DNA of 64,000 bases, from positions 62,901,503 through 62,965,502 of the forward strand of contig NC_068993.1 in assembly GCF_001194135.2 (NCBI RefSeq), read 5' to 3'. A program made the position numbers and the translations under genes. The notes below the pieces were generated by a model. It was not told the origin of the DNA. It saw nothing but the letters and a program-made list of their open reading frames with translations, and made no database searches. This DNA comes from Octopus bimaculoides (taxonomy: Eukaryota). Shown here piece after piece: positions 56,901-64,000 of this stretch. Numbering within the stretch: position 1 is the stretch's first letter; every line of letters begins with the position of its first letter.

Positions 56901-59900
56901 TTTTTTTTTTCAGGGTTCAGTCAATTCTGAATTATTCAAATAGTTCAGTTTAAAAGTAGACTAACACAAAACACATGAACACATTTTGCAACTGACTACT
57001 ACCTACACTGTCAAGTGCACACACACACACACACACACATACAATGATCATATATATTCAGAATTCATTGACTTGTGGAATCGAGTGATATAATGGTAGC
57101 TTCGTTTTAACAAAAAAGAAATTCCAAGTTTCAAATACTCAACACCTACACAGTATTTTAAGAATTCAATTAAGAAAATAAATCCTATTTCATTGATTAT
57201 TCCTCTGGATGTATTAGGATTTGAAACAGTGACAACAGCCTGTGCTAGATGACAGGTGCTATATGTTCAATAACAAGATACCTGCTACTACAACTATTTC
57301 ACAAAAGCAATTAGTAATTATATGAAATCTTATGCTAAGCTGAGTTCAAATTTGACCCCTTTCAAAGGAGCATTGTACAGGTCAACAAAAAACAAAGACT
57401 AAAATCAATACATCATGATAAACTGAATCATATATTTTTCTGCTTTTTCTGCTAACAAATTTTTTTCTCTATCATTTAGCTGTGTATTTTGAACATAAAA
57501 TGGAATATTTAGGAATTAAAAAAGAAAAATTATATTTAATGATAATGTACAATATTCTCAGATAAGTTAAGCAAACACATGAATAAAAAATAATTTACAT
57601 ATTTTCAACCTCTTTGTGGTGTCAATATGTGATCATCCTAAATTAGATGCAGAGTAAATAACAAGGCAGGAATGCATCAAAATGCAACTTGCTGAAGAGA
57701 TTCACAGACTCAATTTGCAAGCAATTCATCTTAATTTAATATAACGAGATAAATGATAAATAATAATAAAGGCATCCAGCTTTTGTGCAACAAATTTATG
57801 AGAAGGGTTTTAGTGTTGTGAGCAATGAAACAACCTTAGTACTGGGCTGCCAAAAAAGCACCCTGGAGACTCTGTAAAGTGGGTCAGCATCAGGAAGAGC
57901 ATCATGCCAAAACGGAGACATTGGAACACGAGAGAGTCTTCCTGCCAATTGGATCTTATCTAACCACCCAACTGACGACAGCATGGAAAGCAGGTGTAAA
58001 AATGATTATGATGACAGCTTAGTCAAGAATCACTGTCCAAAGTACATAATCATTATTTTATTGATGGCAAGGGGGGTAAAAGGCGAGACTGACCCAGAGA
58101 GAACCTGAGTTCAGATTGTGAAGAGAGAGACATCGTTACATATCATTAGGCATTTAGTCCAGCACTAAATCACAACAGCAATAACAACACTATAGGAATG
58201 TTTTCTTTGTACACCACAAGGGCAACAGATGAAGGATAAAGACAACAGCAATGACTTCACACTTCAAAACAAAATCAATTTCTAACATTGTAACAGTAAT
58301 AAGAACAGCATCAATAATATTTTCTCTCATAACAATAGTTATAAAAACTTTATGAAATAGAGAGCAAATTACAAAATGGAAAGATTCAATTATATCTAAG
58401 TTCTCTTGGTTGAGAAATAACTGGGTTTCATTATTATTTTATAACAATAAACCCATAATGAAATAAATTATTTAACATAGCAGAGCAAGGAAACAAAACC
58501 ATTTCATTGAAATGCCATATAAATATTAAAATATACATGAAGAAAATATTAGAAAGGAGAAAAAAATATGTATGGGAATATTTATGAACGAATCAACAAA
58601 ATGCTTTTTGATTTAAAATTACACAAAAGTGTATATCTAAAAACAAAAAAAAATGACATATTTGTCTGACTAAATGGAGACATAAATAATGTCTAATGAA
58701 TAAACAGCACCTTCAAGATTTGAAAAATGCTTTCATGTGTTTTTGTGTGTGTATATGCATTCACAAATGCATGTATACACGCTCATACTTATGTACATAG
58801 ACATGTGCTAGTGTATAAAAGATATGCATATACATGAAAACTGTGGGTGTGTGCACACTTTTCATTATATACATGCACATTGCTAAATTCTAAACTTTAC
58901 ATCCATGCCAGAATAGCAATGGCTGGCAGCATCTGTAAATTTTTAATATTTGAAAATTAGTGCACACTTCAATGATGTTACTGCTAACAACTGCTGCCAA
59001 TTATGTAGTCATGAAGTAGAAGCAGGCACCATTTCAGTGAGGCAGAGTGAAGCAGAGCAATGTTCTGTGTGTAACAACTCAATAATAGCAATGTTCTTTT
59101 ATGCTTTAATGTAGTTGTGCCAGGGCTCTGGCTTCACAAGTTAGTCAATCATATCATCCCCATTACGTATTTCAGTCAGGTACTTGTTTTATTGAACAAT
59201 ATCATTACAATATGCTTTTTGGCAACACTGGTAAAACATAAAACAGACATCAATGCGCAGATGCTCTGTATTGCTGCACAGCTTCTGTCCACAAAATTTT
59301 GCAGGATTTTCAAGGAGCTGTCTAATCCAGCAGAGCCATATTAGTTTTCAGTGTTATCATGAAGCCTTTGGTCATCCCTGAACAGGTAGGCTCATCATCA
59401 AATTTGTTGAAGCTGTGACCATTCTGGCCAATGATCAATTCCATCTGTCTAATGATTCATTCCTCTTTAAAGACAGAAGGTTATGAGTTCAGAAAGATTT
59501 AATTGCTATTTCTAGCAGATCAAGTGACCACACAGAATCTCCCGCACTGGTCTATATTATTATTAGAGTTATTATATAGGTGCAGACATGGATAAGCACA
59601 AGCATAGCACTTCGGGCGGGTGTCTTCTATTACAACCCCAGGCCAACCAAACATGCATGGATTTGATATAGAGAAATAGAAAGAAGACGTGCGTGCGTGC
59701 GTGCGTGTTACTTTCCCCTTGCTGTTATATCCTGTGAGAGAGTCACTGCCAAGCAAACGTTTCCAACATGCAAACATTGTTCTTCAGACAAGTTTTCACA
59801 GAACATTGGAAATGGTCATGGGGAAATGCAATCTTATTTGGGAAGAGGAGAGGATTGACAACGGGAATGGCACCCAGCCATAGTAAATATCCATCTCAAC

Positions 59901-60249
59901 AGATTTTGTCTGGCCCATGCGAGCTTGGAAAGGTGGACATTAAAATGATGAAGTTATTGTTGCTGCTGCTGTTGTATGCAAATACAAAAAACAATGCTAA
60001 AAAAAGGAAAATAAATTAAATTGGTCGTGGCTATAGAATTTCAAGGTCAGCATACTAAGTCAGGTATTTGACAGGACACCAGTTCTTAATGTAAGAAGGA
60101 AACAGTATGAGTAATGTGAAAAAGAAAAAAGTTGAGTTCAACAAGTTAATGCTACGGATGAGTGAGATAGCAAGCTATTTTGGAAAGAGACATCATCATC
60201 ATAATTTTAATGTCTATTTTTACTCAAATAGTCCTGCAGTCTGGTAAAT

Positions 60250-60900
60250 TATCATGATCAGTGGCATCTCATATTTAAGGTAATACGCCTTGAGAACCTA
60301 CATAACAGTATCTTCCCAGGTCTTGCCAAGCTTTCCTCTCCCACAGGGACCTTCATCACTTAATATCATCAATAAAACTGGCCAAGAGAAGGTACAACAT
60401 GACAGTGACACAGAGATTGAAGAATCTCAGAAAGAAGCAGCTTTTTGATCCAGCAAATTGATGATTTTCTTCTAAGGATAGATTAAAATGCCAATGCCAC
60501 TTATCAAAAAGATGTGCCTTATATCAGAAAAGTAATATCACATGTTAAGACATATCAGGACTTGTCTTTGTAAAGAATCAGCTTTTCCATGCCATTCCAC
60601 TTAACTGACACCACACAACTTTGAGAAAGGCATAAACTCCACACAATCTCATACTTTTCTATAAAGTTATGCAAGATGATTATGTATGGTTATGCTTCAA
60701 AAGACTAAGTTGACATAATTATCAAACAAAAAGTATTACAATTCGTGTAATACTTCATGTAGATGTCCAATCTCAGTCTGATTAAACTTTACCTTTAATA
60801 CTTCCACAACAGGAAGTTTGGGGAAATAAAAACAGTAGCCAAATGAATCCACAACAGTAATATCATTCTACTACAGTGGACTCCACTATTCTGAACTCTA
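60250..60900 (-). mobile_element. Highly degenerate RTE LINE C-terminal fragment
   Basis: Remnants ITVVDSF.Y and GPCGRGKLGKTWED (RTE GRGRPRKTW-like). Confidence 0.5.
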
Positions 60901-62689
60901 TAACAGTACAGTGTTACATCCTGAAGTTATTTCTGTATTTCTCATCACAAATACTTGTCTTAGTGGTTCAGTAAAAGAGACCGATAGAATAAATACCAGG
61001 CTTACAATGAATAAGTCCTGGGGTCGATTTCTTCGACTAAAAAGGCAGTGCTCTAGTATGGCTGCAGTCAAATGACTGAAACAAATAAAAAAAATAACAT
61101 CATCAATCTTCCTCTTTCTTTAAGTCACTCTCCGAAGCAAAACATCAAACTAATCTAAAAAAATCATTTCTTTGTTTTGTTTTGTTTTTATCATGCATCA
61201 AGATTTTCAGTTCGTTATAACGAGAGACATTAAATTAATTTGTGAAACTAATTCATTCAGTGATTTTAAACTTATAACAACCATTATTCCACTTTGCTGA
61301 TGAATCTGTTTCATCTTCAAGCAATTCTGCAAAACAAGAATATTTTCTCACAAATCCTATTTATAGCTTCTGATAAATACAGATAGAAAAGGTCAACAGA
61401 TAATGCATGCAATGCTGGTATTAAAATGCCAAAGAGTTAGATGGAGTTTAAATGAAACAATAACTAATTAACAGGTAATGAAATACCACAAAGCATTTCT
61501 GCCATTTTATCATTCTGATTTTAAAAGAAACAAGCTAACTTCTTATTCCAGCACAAAAGTTTCAGAAAAATAAAGATAGAAATATTAAATAGGTAGAGAT
61601 GGGTGGTGAGGAGTTTGATTCCCATCCACATGGCTCTGGGTTCAATCACACTGTGGTATCTTGGGCAAATGTTATATACTTCAACTTTGGGCTGACCAAA
61701 GTCTTGTGCGGGTATCTGGTAAATGGAAACTGAAAGAAGTTTGTAGTGTGTATGTATGTGCATGCATGTGTGTATGTGCATGCGCATGTATGCATGTGTG
61801 TGTGTGTGTGCATGCTTTTATGTATGCATGCATGCATGTGTGCGTGCATACATGCAAGCATGCATGAGTGCATCCTTGTCTTAACATCATGTGATAACTA
61901 GAAAATGATTTGTCACCATAATACAAGCAATGTCATTCATTTTCAATATTCTATGAGAACATTACTGCTTGAAAAGAGGTGAGGGTCAGCAAGAGGAAAG
62001 GCATCCAGTCATAGAAAATCTGTCTCAATAAACTCCATCCATCTCATTGGAGCATGGAAAAGAGGACAATTAGATGATGATGATGATGATGAACACTTCT
62101 TTATCATTTTCATTCCATTTGTCTCTATGTTAATCATTTTCAGATTTTCACAATGCTGGTGCCATTTATGAGCAGAGCCAAAGCCCAAAACCTTACACTT
62201 ACATCTACTGGCGTCATCTCCCCCGTATATATAGTAGTGTCAGACAATGTAATGAAGCATCCTTGCCTATGAGCATACTATTGCAGCAATAGCAGTAAGT
62301 TTAAAGACAAATTTTAGAGAATAAATTACTCAGAGAAATTACTTAGGCATGCGATACGCATGAAAAATGATAGTCAAGTCAGTGTTTAACTATATTCAAT
62401 GTCATGGATGAAATTATTTCACCAAATTTGGAGGGAGAGGGTAAATTGATTACATTGATCCCAGTGTCCAACCAGTACTTATTTTATTGATCCCAAAAGA
62501 TGAAAGGCCAAGTCAACTTCAATAGAATTTGAACACAGAACATAAAGAGCCAGAAGAAATGCTGCTAAACATTTCATCTGACATGGTAACGATTCAGCCA
62601 AAATCACGACCTAAATGCTGTGGATAAATCATGTAATGAGGAAAATAAAATATTAGCTTACAGTCTAATATTGAGAAGTGTAAGAGACT

Positions 62690-62960
62690 GAGGCATATGG
62701 CCTAGAGGTTAGGGTATTGCATTCACAATCATTAGATCATGGGTTTGATTCCCAGAGTAGGTGGCACATTTCAAATTGTTCCACCCCACTCAGCTTTAAC
62801 TGGACAACCCTGAGATGGACTAGCCTTCTAGTCAAGGGAAATGTTGGCCTGCTCGCCTAGTCAGTAGGATGGCATCATTCTAAAGTTACAATGATGCAAA
62901 GTAGGTTGTGACTATCAGATGTGTAACAACATCTGATAGTCTGGTCGATACTGTGATAAG
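62690..62960 (+). mobile_element. tRNA-headed SINE with V-domain-like core
   Basis: A/B-box-like head, then caaccctgagatggactagcc resembling the V-SINE core; 11-bp stem actatcagatg/catctgatagt near the 3' end. Confidence 0.5.
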
Positions 62961-63827
62961 AGACTGAGACAATCCTGAGAAAATGTGTGTCTTATCAGAC
63001 TTCCTCAACAAAGCATAGACTTCAGTGTTCTTGTCCCAAGTGGTCAGTAGTTCGGGACCTTAACCTCACATCCACAAATCACTTTGTGGTTGAAATACAT
63101 AAACAGAATACACTACACTTTCTAAATAACATTTTCTAATCTGAAAAAATATCTAATACAATAAACAGTGGTTGTTATAATTTCAAAAATAACTTTGTTA
63201 TTTGTGACTTTACAGTCTTGTCAATAGTGGACAAAATTACTGATTTCAAATTATGGTACAAGACTAGCAATTTCAGAGGAGGTGGGGATGAGTCAATTAA
63301 ATTTTGACCCCCAATGCTCAACTGGTGCTTATTTTGTAAAGGGATGAAAGGTAAAACTGAGCTCAGCAGAATTTGAATTCAGAATATAGAGATGGATGAA
63401 ATGCCATGAAGCATTTTGCCTGATGTGTTAATGATTCTGTCACCTTGTGTAGTGGACAAAAATTATTAATTATCGATAAAAATTAAAAGTTGCCCTCAGC
63501 TCAGACATTTATCTTTCGAAAGAAAGTAAAATTCAAACAGTGCTAGGTTAAAAAGGTTGCAAAATTTCAATGAAAGGAAGCATTCCAAACATAACTGTGT
63601 GGAAGTTTTCAATGTTGATGGGACTCACACTACTTTTTCCTGGATATAAACATACTTCGTCTTGTTACTGTTGAACATTATTCCCAAGTTATCACAAACT
63701 ACCATTGCAGGTTTTAAATGAAGTTAACGTTCAATGCGGAAACAGATGAAAAGTGTTATTTAATGGCCTCAAGGAGGTTTGGGGAGATACAGCGAGAGTA
63801 AATGAACAATTACTTGTTAAGCAGTTA

Positions 63828-64000
63828 GGATGAAAATGGACAAGTAGTTGTGAGGTGGCCAGGATGAAAATGGACAAGTAGTTGTGAGGTGGCCAGGAGG
63901 AAAATGGACAAGTAGTTGTGAGGTGGCCAGGAGGAAAATGGACAAGTAGTTGTGAGGTGGCCAGGAGGAAAATGGACAAGTAGTTGTGAGGTGGCCAGGA
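63828..64000 (+). repeat. 34-bp minisatellite (ggaggaaaatggacaagtagttgtgaggtggcca), at least 5 copies, runs off the window
   Basis: Contiguous units with no spacers. Confidence 0.9.

Noticed and set aside
60792-60866. Possible minus-strand exon NDITVVDSFGYCFYFPKLPVVEVLK|gtaaag
   Set aside because: No polypyrimidine tract, wrong phase for BLTP1, and better explained as an RTE 'VVDSF.YL' relic
63828-64000. CRISPR-like 34-bp repeat
   Set aside because: Units are contiguous with no unique spacers, there are no cas genes, and the context is eukaryotic

Overview
This is AT-rich animal genomic DNA with many microsatellites and several N-gaps. The SINE/RTE/MITE repertoire suggests a coleoid cephalopod, probably Octopus (inference, not a database result). 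One gene dominates: BLTP1 (KIAA1109/tweek, bridge-like lipid transfer protein) on the minus strand. I reconstructed 22 GT-AG, phase-consistent coding exons between 46341 and 2809 (6002 nt, about 2000 aa of the N-terminal part). The first coding exon and the C-terminal exons were not found and probably lie outside the window. The introns hold Tc1 and mariner relics, RTE LINE fragments, several SINE families, TTAA/piggyBac-type MITEs, a Helentron-type element and minisatellites. Top observation: a 122-bp, 97%-identical inverted copy of BLTP1's own large coding exon (9006-9127) sits in a downstream intron (5742-5863), fused to an old RTE LINE. The pre-mRNA could therefore fold a long exon:intron duplex, a candidate newly born ADAR editing-complementary sequence. 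Second: a ~355-bp intronic inverted repeat (12963-13318) consists of two Penelope-type hammerhead-ribozyme units. The antisense unit has an intact core; the unit read in the pre-mRNA carries a core mutation. There is no CRISPR array, rRNA or true tRNA gene.
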